A stretch of 64,000 nucleotides of DNA, from positions 9,672,001-9,736,000 of the forward strand of contig CM022671.1 of NCBI GenBank assembly GCA_012295275.1, given 5' to 3'. The position numbers and the translations under genes were made by a program. This DNA comes from Chrysomallon squamiferum (Eukaryota; Animalia; Mollusca). Below the pieces are notes generated by a model that was not told the DNA's origin, ran no database searches, and saw nothing but the letters and a program-made list of their open reading frames with translations. This document shows positions 1-14,789 of this stretch, piece after piece (the stretch's first letter is position 1; each line of letters begins with the position of its first letter).

Positions 1-653
1 AGTGATCCCAATTGTGTTTACTCATCTGACAGCCCTGGACGAAAGCATCAACAATTACTTTCTGTCATTAAAGACAGAAAAGTATGATTGGATTAGAGAT
101 CCTTTCATAAATTATTCTTCCAACATTGAACTTGAATTACAGGAAGAAGCAGAATTGGCCGCCCTTTCTAATGACCTTAAAATTAAAACATTCGACTCTG
201 CCCATTGATTCATTTTGGATTTCAATTCAAGAGGTGTATCCCATATTATGTAAAAGAGTTTTAGCAATTTTATTATAATTTTCAACTCCTTATATATGTG
301 AATTAGGCAACATCAAAAACATGAAGCACGAGAGATTACTACAACGAAAGCAGAAATAAGGGTGTGTCTGTCTCATATTCGACCAAACATTGAGGAAATT
401 ATGAATAAAAGCCAGGCACAAATTTCTCATCAAAGAAACCAGCTATTTGACTGATAACATTCGAAACACTGCAATAAGGTATAGCTGTGTTTTTCTTTAT
501 TTAGTTTGAGTCATTCTATGTGTCTATGACTAGTCTGTGTCTACGGTTGTATGCCGTATATGACTTGCCATGTTTTTATTTTTCAAAATTCAAATATTTT
601 TCATATATATTTAGCCAGGTGTGCCGTTGGCAAAAAATGATTGGGAACCACTG
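1..653 (+). mobile_element. 3' end of a decayed hAT-superfamily (Buster/Charlie, ZBED5/ZBED8-like) DNA transposon: transposase C-terminal remnant plus right TIR
   Basis: Translation across frameshifts and stops gives YF..KYDWIRDPF..EL..L, FWISIQEVYPILCKRVLAILL*FSTPYICELG and EIRVCLSHIRPNIEEIMNKSQAQISH, matching the hAT dimerisation region (FW..YP.L..F.T.Y.CE.GFS ... QAQ.SH). The element ends in aaaaatgattgggaaccactg (633-653), a Charlie-type TIR, followed by cattaatt, which fits the Buster NNNTANNN target pattern. Confidence 0.88.
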
Positions 654-834
654 CATTAATTCATAGATAATTTTGCATATCTGATCAATAATCTGTCTTA
701 TAGATATTTAAGAATATTTAATATTCAAGTGCAATTAAAGAATATTTAATTCTCATATTTAATATATTTATTTCTATATTAATTTATTTATTCTTTAATT
801 TCACGCTTATAGTTCATGGTGCCTGGTCTGAATG

Positions 835-2290
835 GACACTTCAGTAGTAATATCAGTACTATCGTTGAAGTAACAGTCATACATTAATAGTAATAGCTGT
901 AGTATCGCAGAAGTAAGAGAGGCAGATTAGTAATGATACCAGTAGTATCGCAGAGGTAACAGTGACAGATCAGTAGTAATATCAGTAGTATTGCAGAAGT
1001 AACGGTGGAAGATTAATAGTAATATTAGTAGTATGGCTGAAATAACAGTGACAGATTAGTAGTAATATCAGTAGTATGAAATATTAGTAATATTAATGAC
1101 AGATTAGTAGTAATAGCAGTAGTATGGCTGAAATAACAGTAACAGATTAGTATTAACATCGTTGAAGTAACAGCAATAGATTAATACTAATAGCTGTAGT
1201 GTCGCAGAAGTAACAGAGGCAGATCAGTAATGATTCCAGTAGTATTGCTGAAGTAACAGTGATAGATTAGTTGTAATATCAGTAGTATTTCTGAAATAAC
1301 AGTGACAGATTAGTTGTAATATCAGTAGTATTCCTGAAATAACAGTCATAGATTAGTAGTAATATCAGTAGTATGGCTGAAATATTAGTAATATTAATGA
1401 CAGATTAGTATAATAGCAGTAGTATGGCTGAAATAACAGTGACAGATTAGTAGTAATAGCTGTAGTATGGTTGAAATAACAGTGACAGATTAGTAGTAAT
1501 ATCAGTAATATCTCTGAAGTAGCAGTGACATATTAATAGTAATATCAGTAATATCTCTGAAGTAGCAGTCACAGATTAGTGGTAATATTAGTAGTATGGC
1601 TGATGTAACAGTGACAGATTAGTAATAATAGCGTAGTATTGCTGAAGTAACTGATAGATTAGTAATAATCGCAGTGGTATTGCTGAAGTAAAAGTGATTA
1701 GTAGTAATATCAGTAGTATCGCTGAATAACAATGGTAGATTTGTAACAATAGCAGTAGTATTGCTGAAGTAACAGTGATCGATTACTAGTAATACAGTAG
1801 TATCGCTGAAGTAACAGTGATAGATTAGTAGTAATAGTAGTAATATTGCTGAAGTAACAGTGGCAGATTAGCAGTAATATCGATAGTATCACTGAAGTAA
1901 CAGTGATATCATATCAGTAGTATCACTAAAGTAAGTGGTAGATTAGTAGTGAGCAGTAGTATCGCTGAAGTAACACTTGTAGATTAGTAGTAATATCAGT
2001 AGTATCACTGATATAACACAGGCAGATTAGTAGTAATAACAATAGTATTCACGCAGTAATAGTGACAGATTAGTAGTAAAATCAAAAGTATCGATGAAGT
2101 AACTGACAGATTAATAGTAATAGAAGTAGTATTGCTGAAGTAACAGTGACACATTAGTAGTACCAGAAGTAGTACTGCTGAAGTAACAGTGAGAGATTAG
2201 TAGTAATGGTGATAGTATCGATAAAGAAACAGCAGCAGATCAGTAGAAATAGCAGTAGATTGGTGGTAGTATCAGTAATAATAATAGTAA
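835..2290. repeat. Degenerate minisatellite, ~42-bp unit (cagtagtattgctgaagtaacagtgacagattagtagtaatat-like), roughly 30-35 copies
   Basis: gaagtaacagtga and cagattagtagtaata recur at ~42-bp spacing. Confidence 0.9.
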
Positions 2291-3179
2291 TTTCAATACT
2301 GGATATGCACTGTAAGAAAGTAAGAATCGTAAAATGCAAAAAAGGATAATAAACACCAAGCTGTGAAGGACAACACAGGTACGACAGCAGCGTTTCCAAC
2401 ATTAACACTAATAATAAAGATATATTAATAATATATTTTAATACAGGATGTGCAAAAATAAGAAATAAGAATAATAGGTGATAAAAAACAAAGAAGAATA
2501 ATGAGAAGCACTCTAATAACTACGTTAGGAACTAATCCGGTACGACGGCAACGACGGCGACATTAATAGAAATTGCAATAATACAGTTTAACAGCTCAGA
2601 AAGTAATGACTAATAAAAAGCGCTAAACAATAATGACAGTTTATTAATCTTGAACTCGGTAGTCTCAGAAAATCAGTGCTGTGTTGGTTAAACAAGTGCA
2701 CACTTCAGCATCAAACCTATCTCTGAAAATATATCCCTTTTCATAGAACATGATTATTGTAAACTCTCGAGTGAAAACAACTGTGATTTCATCAAGTGAG
2801 GATAATGTAAATTCTCTTAACCTACTTGATCGCTGACTGTAAATCATAAAACAAAAGACCTTAATTGATATAAGGAACATGTTTTTATTACTTTGCATAG
2901 ATTTCAATAAATTTATTGAGTCCTTTTACACATTCGAAGTTTTCAAAAGGCACTTTACTTACACATTCATAATTCACAAAATAAATTTAAATAAGATACA
3001 TTTACATTTTTATACAGACAGATAGATATGGACACACAAACACGCACACATGCACATAATCACTTGCAGAAAATAATGAAACATTTCATGTTCCGAAGAG
3101 TTTACAAAACAGAACTGTTAATTAGAAGGTAAGTGCGTGGCTACATAGCAAATAAAACAATTACGACAAATATATTCAA

Positions 3180-3312
3180 ATATAATTAAATATATTTTGA
3201 AACAATTAAATATATTTTGATATGATTAAGTATATTTTGATATGATTAAATATATTTTGATATGATTAAATATATTTTAATATGTTTAAATAATTTTGAT
3301 ATGATTAAATAT
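3180..3312. repeat. 20-bp tandem repeat (tatgattaaatatattttga) x ~6
   Basis: Directly visible tandem copies. Confidence 0.9.
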
Positions 3313-4050
3313 AAAAATGTCCATCTAAATCAAATAACATCTTTGAAATACCCAACTATTTATTTTGGGACATTTTCCTCCTATGTGATATTATGTTTTA
3401 TGATCGCTGTAACATGACATTCTGCGACACAAGTTACATCTCTCTCTCTAGATGAAATTACATAATTAATCTAAAATTCAGCTAGTATTTATCAAATTAT
3501 ATAATTAAGAATATATCATTAATTTTTCTTAAACACATCTAAAAGTAAGTTAATAATCGAGAATGAGATTCCATATTTATTCAGTAATATAACCGATAAT
3601 CTCTAATTAATATAATGTTAAAATGCCATATAAATAATACAGACATGATAAAACAAGGGTCTTATTTTGGGGTAATATTATCAGTGCAAATAGCGATATT
3701 CTTTAGTTAACTGTGGTTTTGATAAAAGTTCACGATTTCTCATGTAATTACATTATAAATAAATCATTATTATCATTATTATATACTTTTTTAAAAAGAA
3801 GTATTTAGTTTTTATCGCGACAGAAACAATACACTAAGAATAAATCTGATTTCTCTGATAACTTCACGCAGCCTAATAAAAAATTTGAAGTAATTTTTAT
3901 ATCCCGCTCTCAGAACAGTTCTAATGAAACTAAGAGAATAGCGTCAAACATACATAGGAAGCTTCTGTTGTTACAGAAAAATAAAGACAAAGTAAAAAAT
4001 AAAAATATTAAGGTGTTACTACTGTTGTTGTTGTTGTTGTTGTTATTTAG

Positions 4051-5555
4051 CTGTTGACAAAGAGAGGACTGTGACAATTACGGTGTCTGCTTCATTGTTA
4101 TACAGATTATTACTGATTGAGCGGTTATATTAATATCTAATGTAATAAGAGAACTTCAGGTATATTAAGAAATGTAAAGTCTATTACACTATATAACTTG
4201 CGTTGATGTACACCTTTTACTGAATGTAATTAAAAAATTAAGTTCAGTTCAAGTTTGTCAAATTTGCTTAATAAAATTTATTATTATAAAATTTAAATTG
4301 ACCTTTTATTTACTACGAGAAATAATTTGATTAATCTGAAATTCATCAACATTTTGAAGTTTATTAAACTATTTTTATTAGATATATATTTCTTTCACAA
4401 ACATTATTTAGACTGTCAATAGCGGTATCCTTAATTAAAAATATCACCTTATTTTTACTTGTTTATGATTTATGTTATGATTTATAGTTTTACAAAGTAA
4501 ACTTGATAACTTTGTGTACATATTCTATTTTTTTAATAATAATAATAATAATAAAACTTTAAAAAATTAAAATAAACTGAACGTACGCTCTCTATTTCCC
4601 AATATACAGATCTTCTCTATAATCAATGAAATGTAAGATGTTATAAAGGAAAAGTTGAGTAGGCGCGAGATCAGGCTGATATTTTTTTTATTAACTCAAT
4701 ACAAACTATGACAGGGTCATAGCAACCTTTTTCATTTTCAGTCTATCTAATCTATCTGTCTGTCTGTTTATCTATCTATGGTTTATATATCTATCTTCCT
4801 ATTAATCCATATGAAGGTCTCTTGCTCGGTCTATTTATCCGTCAAACAAAAAGGCATCAAATCATCTCTGATTCCTTTCCCTTCATCCAACATGTCCGTC
4901 AGTTCACAACTAAATGTAATTCATCCTGGTCTCTGTATCTATGTGTGTCTCTGTGTTTGATGAACATCAATCTTTCAGCAACTTCTTTTCAATGATCCAT
5001 TTGCCCATTTGTACAGTATAACAAAATTAAGAAGTAATTTCAATACCCATCCCCAGCACAATTTGTAGACGAAAGAGATTATTGTAAAGAGATGGACAGG
5101 ACGTCTCTCGGTGGCTTTGAACAACGTAGGCCTTCCCGTTGTAATTAAACATAGATTACTGGTGATAAATGAAAACATTTACTGAAAGAATTCAAGTAAA
5201 ATTAACTGATCAGTTTTTATTTCTAGACTCTTTGTTAGCTTTCTTTACATTTGTTGTTAAACATTTAAACTTCTGTTCATGTTATAGCATGTGAATTACA
5301 AATTTTCCTGCTTTAAAAATAAATACATTAAACATAAGAAATATTAGAAGGTGTTCACTTCCAAGACAAAATAAAAATTAAACGGTAGATCATTAGCATC
5401 CTCATAAAAATGTTTTAGACAGTCTACATCATTTATTTTAATAATTAAATAATAATAATAGTAGTAGTAGTAATAATAATAATAATAATAATAATGATAA
5501 ATAAATACATTAACTAATTAATAATGTTCATCTATATTGCCTATATTACCACTAG

Positions 5556-5586
<31 letters not shown>

Positions 5587-6146
5587 AAAAATTGCACTTT
5601 TGCAAAAGGGGACAACTGTAACAGAACATTCAATACAACATCATTCAATGATGCGAACTTTCTGTTAGAAAAAAAAGCAGATTTAATAAGGATATTGTTA
5701 TATTTGGCGACATACATTCTTGTATATACAAACTATGATGGTGTAGCAGCCAGTGCCGTAGTGTTTTTGTAAAATAATGTTTTGAGAGGTTACACTTTTA
5801 TTTACAGATAAAAAAAAGAAAAGATAAAAGGATACTATGTAAACAGTTTTTGAAATATTTTAAAAATATTTACAAATGCATTGTTCTAGAAGTTTATTTC
5901 TGTACAATCCCGAATGCTTCTGTATTCAATTTTAAAACAGTTTTATATAGATGAATAAATGTTTAGTGAAAAACGGCGGAAAACTAGCGAATTGGACTTA
6001 AAGCTCAACCGGAGCAGATTAATAAATTCTAATGAAATTAGAAAATGATTATTTTTGACAATAAAATAAAGTTCCTAAGCCAATGTGTTTTCTAATTCTA
6101 AATATATGCATAAATATATTAATAAAAACATCAATCACACATATAA

Positions 6147-6186
<40 letters not shown>

Positions 6187-6688
6187 ATATTTTGATGTAG
6201 ATAACAACTGCTGAAATCTCTATGTCTATAGCCCATTTTGCATTCACTAATTCCCCTTCTTTTTCTAAGGTTGATTAAAAATAATGCAGATAATTACAGA
6301 TCTATTACATTTCTAAGTTTTGAAGAAAACTATAGCTTATTTTAATAGTTTTTTTATTTTAAGAATTTCATTGGTTTACAAGCAACGAAAATTAGGAAAT
6401 ATTGAAAACAATAAAAGTGAAAGTGAGACTAATTCCTACTATCTCTCGTGACAATGCAGGTACCTGTGTGTGAACGTGGAGTGTGATTTATTTATTTTTG
6501 GTTTACTTTTTCTTTCTTTTGTTTGGTAGAGGTTTCTATGTTTTTCTATTTTACAAATCAAATCTAACAATTTTCTGAACATTAATATAGGCAGTCGAAA
6601 TCAGTATAGTCAGCCACACTCTTTTTTCTCTTAAGTACATATCTTTTTTACTTCCCTGTTTGTTGTATTTACGTTCACATGTTTTTAT

Positions 6689-6745
<57 letters not shown>

Positions 6746-7659
6746 TTCATGTTTTTATTTAACATTTCAGCACACCAGGAGAAGACACCTGAAAAGATTA
6801 AATATATCCTTCATTTGATTAGTTCCCACTTTGATATTGATAATAGAACTGATAGAACAGGTTCAAACATTGATTCACATATACATACACACCCACATTT
6901 GTTTGAAGAGAAATAAATTTTGTGCCATTATGAATGTTTGATGGGATTATTTGTTTCTAGTCTCGCTCAGTTGTCATAGTTGCACATTTTTTAATTTTTT
7001 GTTTTTTTTCAGACCATGTTTTCAAACCTATATCAAATACTGGTAAATTCCTAGCCAATAGTAAGCAACTTATGCAACTTATTGTAGTGTGAACTGTAAG
7101 CTTTGTGATTTTATTTGGTGCATAAATATAAATAAATAAAAAAGAAGAAAAAAGAAAAAGTAGGGTGGAAAAATAACAACACCGTTTATTTGAAGTTTAC
7201 GTCAATGATTGGCTAATAAAAAGCAACAAATAACAAACAAACAAAAAAAAAAAAAGTATATTTTAATAAAGGTTGTTATGTTCCTTTATTTTATTTATTT
7301 GTTTTGAACTCTTTTTCTTTCTTTTTTTTAGGATTGTATTTTCCTGACTTGACGGATTTAATTTTTTATTTGACATTTGAAGAATCTTCAACAGAATTGG
7401 TGTAATCGCATTATCATGCAACAAAAAAGTTGCTTAAAGTATTTCATTTTGTGATGCAGACAGGTAGTACTATTTATTATTATAGTTGTTAATGTGTTTG
7501 GATTTTTTTGATTTTATTTAAATATAATTTAAACGTCACAGCCACCTGATGGCAGCCATCTTATTCGGGAATAATATTTATTTATTTATTATTTATTTTA
7601 TTTATTTATTTATTTATTTTATTTATTTTTTATTTTATTTATTTTATTATTTTTTGATT

Positions 7660-7707
<48 letters not shown>

Positions 7708-9001
7708 TTATTAATTTTTATTATTATTATTATTTTTTTAATATACTAATGAAACTATTAAAAGAAAATATACTGATTTTGTTTGGCAGGTTGTTTTCTG
7801 TCAGTTTATTTACGATTTATTTTTTTAAAGATTTATGTTAAATTGCTGACTTCCTCTATCCATTAAATACTTTTTTTAACCATATTAAAGTTTATAATAG
7901 GTGGCCCTAAATTCTTTCACATTATTAAAGCTTAATACCTCTGTAGCTCAATGTTAACGTTAAAAACTAATAAAGATGAATAAATATTTAAGAAAAATAT
8001 GACCAGGTTATTTCATATGTAGACACTATGTAAAATATTAATAAAATTATTTGTTATAATATTTATTTAACTCACACACACACACACACACAAAGATAAT
8101 TTGTAATCATAATCACAAAAGACCTTAATATACTACAAGATCTCCATGCACAAAACACTACTAAAATGATTCTTTTTTGAAGTAGGTGTCTTATGCAGAT
8201 AATATGACTAACACTACAGCATCCAAAACTATTTACATCTGTATCTACTGACAATGTACCTGGTTGACATTAATTGCTTCATCAAACCTATATGTATTAC
8301 AACATGTTCAACTCATACAGTATAAACCTATGAATGTATAAGGTCTTTATTATTATTATTCATTTGCTTTTTCATATCATTACTAATATTTATTTATTTT
8401 TGATGTTTTCCAGGACAAATTAGTTTCATCATTGGCATGGATATTGCAGAAAGTGTAAGGAGAAAATATTCCAAATGAATTTAAAGAATGTTTCTATGAA
8501 AAATCAGATGTGAGTGAAATATTTTATAAATTTCTCATCCAGCTACACAATCACTGACCAGTATTACACTGTAGAGTGCAAGTGCTGCTGGAATACTATA
8601 ATATGATATATTGATGGTTTACATTCAGCATGGACAGGAACAAGAAGAAAAGGGCAGAGCACCACTGAAGTCTGCTTTTTTGTGAAAACAAGCTGATGCT
8701 GGTAAAAAGACTTCATCTGGCAGATGACTGTGATGGCTGTGTTTGACGGTGGGAGGGAAAACAGCCAGGAAGTTGAGCAGCAGATGATGTCTTGCCACAT
8801 TCGAAGGACCAGGCTGGTCCTGTACCTGATTCAGAGTGGGACCAATGCACCCATGTCCCTGTCCCCTACTTCATCGTCACAAAAATCCAGGCCATTTTTC
8901 AAAGAATGTATAGAAGAGACTATTGATAATGAGAACCAACAGTCTTGTGTCAAGTAATGTTTTCAGAAACCTCTCAACAGTGGCATGGTATGTTCTTTTA
9001 T

Positions 9002-9050
<49 letters not shown>

Positions 9051-9902
9051 TGTGAGAGATCATGCATATGTATGTGTGTGTTTGTGTGTGTGAGAGACAT
9101 TGCATCATGAATGATAATAAACAAACAAAAATGCATTTATCAGACAAATGTAGATTGATTAAAAAAAAGAAGAAAAAAGTGTCATGTTCATGTTGGAATT
9201 GCTAAAATCTTTGTTTACCAATTAATGATAAATCTTTTATACAGGTAACTGCTGTATTGTTCAATTGCTGTCTAGAAAGGGATTTATGTTATGGAGAAGG
9301 ATGAATCAGCTGTACAGAAACTGCAGACTGCACAATTCCAAGTTGTAAGTTTTTTATCTTATATTTAATTCTTAGAGAAATTGAAATAAATTTTACACTA
9401 ACAACTCTTTACTGATTGTAAAATAGCATAGTAATAATCATTTATTTGCTATTGTTTTGTTAATTAATTAAATTAATACCATTATCATCATTATCATTAT
9501 AATGGATATACAAAGTATATCAAAAATATCCCACACCCCTTTGTGTCTGAATAACCTAGTAACTGATAACAGTAAAATTTTAATTTGAATAATAAGAGAA
9601 ACATTAGTTATTTATTTATAACAGTTTGTTATTTTTATTATATTATTATTTTTTTTTTTTAGAATGCACATAATTGATGCACTGATGTTGGCTAGTGAAG
9701 CTGTTTCAGTAGAAGGTGCTGTCCAACACTGAGGATAAAGTTTGTACTGCTTCCACTGGAAAAAAAAAAAAAACTGAACAGGTGAATTTGAGTTTGTTTT
9801 CTTATTATTCTAAACCTAATGAAGTTTAATTTATTTAATGTAGGAAGTTGCATTGTGTAACAAACATTAGAATTCTGTGTCATACACTGCATTTTATATC
9901 AT

Positions 9903-9958
<56 letters not shown>

Positions 9959-10554
9959 ACTTTTATACAAACCTGATTATTTTGTTGTAAATTTCTATAT
10001 TTTAAAATAAAAGAAGAAGCGTCATATTTTCTAAAATCAGGTTTGTTTCATCTGCATACTTATTTAATCTAGAATTAAGTACAGATGTAAAAAATTTACC
10101 TGAACAGCTTAATAATTAGTAGTTTCTTGTCCTTGAGAGTGTAATTCTTCTATTATGCTACATGTTTCATCAACATGAATGTTAAGAGTTGCTGTTACTG
10201 TTGTTCAGAATTGACAAATACTCTTTGGGATTTGAAGTTTTTAGTATTTTCATTTTTTGTTTAATAGATGTTCTATATTCCCTAACAGCTCTATTTAGTG
10301 GCCAAACAAACCCAAACAATAATGAAGGTGTAAACTTGTATTGTCAATATGTTTGTTTTCTGGAAATTATTATTATTAGTTACTTTTTTAGAACCAGTAT
10401 TATTCTGATAACTTGTTTGTTACTATTAGTGTCTTTTAAATAGTTACCAATGATTTGGATAAATATTTGTATTTATATTCACTTAATGTATTATCTTATT
10501 TTTCAAGGTCTGCCCTCTGTGTTTATATATATATATATATATATACACACACAT

Positions 10555-10621
<67 letters not shown>

Positions 10622-10838
10622 TTTTCGTTCTATATTTTTTTTATTTCCAAAGAACTGACATAGGTTTCACATCATTGAAAATGAAACAGCAGTTGGTACC
10701 AACAACACCAGTACCACCATTAGACCCAAGACAAACTGACATCACCAGACCAACTGCTGAAAACTCAAACTGCTGTGCCAAGAAAGATCCAGACACACTA
10801 GAAAAGAAACCTGAAACACCATCACCCATTGCCAGAGG
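4051..10838 (+). pseudogene. Series of decayed exon-like segments, probably the 5' part of the LRR/RRM gene (approx. 4051-4159, 4979-5125, 6771-6860, 7013-7095, 7333-7463, 8415-8509, 8543-8987, 9245-9344, 9663-9781, 10653-10838)
   Basis: Higher-complexity islands in AT-rich DNA, each preceded by pyrimidine tract+AG and mostly followed by GT(a/g)ag-type donors. Several carry in-frame stops (e.g. DKLVSSLAWILQKV*GENIPNEFKECFYEKSD). 10653-10838 is open and Pro/Thr-rich. No family recognised. Confidence 0.45.
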
Positions 10839-11729
10839 TATTTTGGTAAAAAATAATGTCTAAGAAAGAAAGGGAACAGAAAATGTTTGATCATGTGATT
10901 TGACTGACTAATCTTCTTGTGAAACTGGAATTTTTGTTGAAAGCAGCCAGTCCAAGACTTAAACTGCCATAAACTTTACCACTTAATCAGATTTTAAAAT
11001 ATTTAAAAAATATTCAGGTAAATATGTCTGTAAATATGTCTTAGTCTATCTGTTTCTCTTTCTGTCTGCCTCCCTATTTATTTATTTTATTTCTATCTCT
11101 CTCTGCTTTTGTTTGTATGTATTTCTTTCCTTGAAAATGTTCAGATAAATATATTTGTCTTTCTTACTATGTCTCTACTTACTATATACTTATCTGCTTT
11201 TCTGTCTCTGTCTTTATGTATCATTTCTTATTTGTTCCTAATTATCATGTTTTTAATTCTCTTTCTTATTTTCTTCCTTTCTTTTCTTTGTTTTTTTTAA
11301 ATTATTTTCAAAGTTGTAATATTTTGAAGTATAACAAAGAAAGAAAATATTATATATTATCTTTCTGTAAGTTCTCTTTTGATAATTCTGAACATAAACA
11401 GCTTTAGAATCAGTAATTTAAATAATTTTAAATTTACTTATAATTTTAATTTATAAAAATGCTCGTAAAACAAGTTTTAGTAGACAGTTGATTATTTTTA
11501 GTTTATTTATTTATATTTATTTATAAATCTTTCTGCCTATCTTCTATCTATCTATTTGATGTATGCATCTATCTATCATTTATTTATTTTCTGATTATTT
11601 TTAATTTATTTAAAATATAATCATACTGAATTACATAATATTCACGTTAATTATTATCAACCTTTTTATTATTTTATGTAACCTACTAAATAATTTAGCG
11701 TTCTGTATTTTCATTATTGTTTTGACTAG

Positions 11730-13233
11730 GTTTTAAATTTATCAGGAAACAGTTCTGGAACTGAGGATTTCCAAGCTGTATGTTTGGCAAGGTGTTCTAA
11801 CACACCAACAAAACAGACACTGAGAGTACTGTGAGTAATCTTAATTATAACTGTTATAAAATGTTTTATAACAAAAATTAAAATTAAAATTAAAATTAAA
11901 ATTAAAATAATAATAATAATAATAATAATAACAATAACAATAACAATAATAATGACAATAATAATAATAATAAAACCAGTTTAAAGAATTTCACATTCAC
12001 TATACCTATTTTTATATTTATATATGTATAATTGTGAAAACAAATTCTTATTTTCTCTTCTTCTTCTTCTTCTGATTATTATTATTGTCATTATTATTGT
12101 TCTTGTTATTGTTATTATTATTATTAGTAGTAGTAGTAGTAGTAGTAATTAGTATATGTAACTGTCCAGTGTTATCAGTTAGCTACTAGTATTGCTACTT
12201 CTGATACTACCACTGTTATTACTATTATTCTACTACTGAGAAAAATAGTGACTTTCAACACACTAAAGCTTTAAACAGTAACTATATTTACCACTAAGTT
12301 TAATGCTATTATTTTTACTACTATTATTACATTTACTACTACTACCGCTGCTGCTACTGGTACTATTACTACTATTACTACTATGGTGTCTGCAGTTATT
12401 TACTGCCTCTACGTATTTATCTACTTGTACTATACAACCTAAGTTCTACCACAGTTATCCCTATCACTGTTACTGCTGCAATTACCACTATTACTAGTAC
12501 AGTTATTACTTATATTACAAACTATTACTACTACTACTACTGCTTTACTAATACTAACTATTACCACTGTTACTACAACTAATACCTGTTACTACTAAAA
12601 CTACAGTTATTACCACTATTACTGCTACTAGTACGATTACCACTAATACTACAACTATTACCATTATTACTACTCTTATTATTAATACTACAACTATTAC
12701 TACTCCTGGTACTATTAGCACTAATACTACAACTACAAATTCTGCTGCTGCTGTTACTACTACAACTACTACTACTACTACAACTGCTTCTGCTGCTACT
12801 GCTGCAACTGCTACTGTTACTACTAATAAAACTACTACAACTGATGTTACCACTGTTACCTCTAATTCTACTACTGGTATTACTACAACTACTACAACTG
12901 CTTTTAATTCTGTTACTACTGTTAAAACATTATGATGTCTTCTATTAACTAAATTTTAATAATAACAAATAAATAAGTGTTAACAATTTGTGTTAATAGT
13001 TTTTGCTACTAATACACACAACTTGAGTGTTTTGTTTCTGGCACTGTAGTCAAAATGTTGTTGGTAAACAGGAATATTTGGATGTGTTGAGTAATTCTCT
13101 AGGAAATGATTATTTCTCTCACTGTGTCAGTCCAGCTCTTAAAGAAAACACAACACTGAAAACTCTCAATTTTCTTCTTATTCTTCTTTTTTTTAATTAC
13201 GTCATTTTATTAACTTTTATCTGCCACTATTTC

Positions 13234-13304
<71 letters not shown>

Positions 13305-14001
13305 CTGATACTCTTTCTCTTTATTGCTCTCTCTCTCTTACTGTCTTTCTCCTCTATGAAACATTAGCACATACTCAAAATTCTCACTTTTTCTTTATAT
13401 ATTTTTTAAATATATAAACTTTCTTATTTATTTATTTATTTATTTATATTGGTTTTATTAATATAAATGTGTATTTCTCTATAATTTCAGAGCTACTGAT
13501 ATCTACTGTGATATTACATTTATTTATCTATTTATTTATTTATTTATTTTCAGAGCTGTGTGTAGGCTCCACTGATATGAAACTTATATCACCGACTCTA
13601 GTGGAAAACACTGGACTCACAGAACTAGATCTGTCTAGTAATGGATTATCTGATACAACTGCTCTCACTAAAGGACTGGCTGCTGCTTTAAAGGTGAGAG
13701 GAAGTTTCACAACATAAACAATTTACTGTTCACATGAAACGTGCAATAGTAAATATTGGTGAAATGTGGTTGTAGTACTTGATGATAAACAATTACATTA
13801 TTATTATTATTATTATTATTATTTGTTTTTATTTTCAGCTGGGATCACTTAATCTTGTAGCTCAGTTTTTGTCTGCTGTTTTCAGTCATCGAAAGATGAC
13901 AGCTTTTCATCTGAATGATGCAAAAGTTAACAACCAAACACTTACTGTTGATGGTTAATTTAGATTTGTAAAATATATATATTATAATATCTTATTAATC
14001 T

Positions 14002-14077
<76 letters not shown>

Positions 14078-14423
14078 CTTATACGTATTATATGTTATAT
14101 ACACAAACTTGTGTATTTCATTATGTAACTATCTAGATTAGACAAATATCAGATTATTATATTTTTTCTATTTCTGTTTTCTTTTTCTCCTGATAGTTAA
14201 AATACAGTGGCAAAGTTTCTTAATAGTTGTTTTTCATTTATTTCAGATATTTGAGATCCATAATCAGTCACAAGTCTGAATTCCAGTTGTTTAACCAACC
14301 AGATGTTTGAGTTTCTGGTAGAATGTTTCCATGGAAAACTCCTTTCTTTGAAAGATGTGGTCATTGTAAATTCTCCTGATCTTTCTGTATCTGTCATTGA
14401 CGATTTAGTTAAACTTACTTCAG
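11730..14423 (+). pseudogene. Leucine-rich-repeat (RI-like) exons: 11730-11830, 13050-~13172, 13554-13693, 13839-13953, ~14247-14423
   Basis: VLNLSGNSSGTEDFQAVCLA, EYLDVLSNSLGNDYFSHCVSPALKENTTLKTLN and ISPTLVENTGLTELDLSSNGLSD..LAAALK fit LxxLxLxxNxL with the N-T-T-L motif of RI/NLRC3-type LRRs. Most have AG/GT boundaries. The 13050 exon lacks a visible donor and the 14.2-kb exon has stops. Confidence 0.75.
12060..12925. repeat. Low-complexity (ACT/ATT/GCT)n trinucleotide-derived intronic tract
   Basis: Degenerate actact/attatt runs; source of spurious poly-Leu/Val ORFs. Confidence 0.85.
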
Positions 14424-14789
14424 GTAATTGTTTTTTAAATTTTATAAATTTTTGTAATATTTGAATCATTATTCTATATATAATCCTTATCTTTCTGTAT
14501 CTGACATAGACAATTTAGTTAAACCATATGCTAAGAATATTAAAGTAAACTTTATATAATGAAATAATTTTATGTAGATGTTTTTAATGCATATAAATAT
14601 TTTTTTGAGGGTTAGATATTGTATTAATTATTATGTATTTGTTATTAAGTATTTAAATATGTATAAACTGCTTGTGTCGTTTTTTTGTGGTTTTTTTCTC
14701 ATGTTCTCATGTTCTCTGTCTCTGAGTCTCTTTCAGACTTTTATAATTAATTTTGTAATTTTAGCCTTACACATATTTATATTCCTGAG

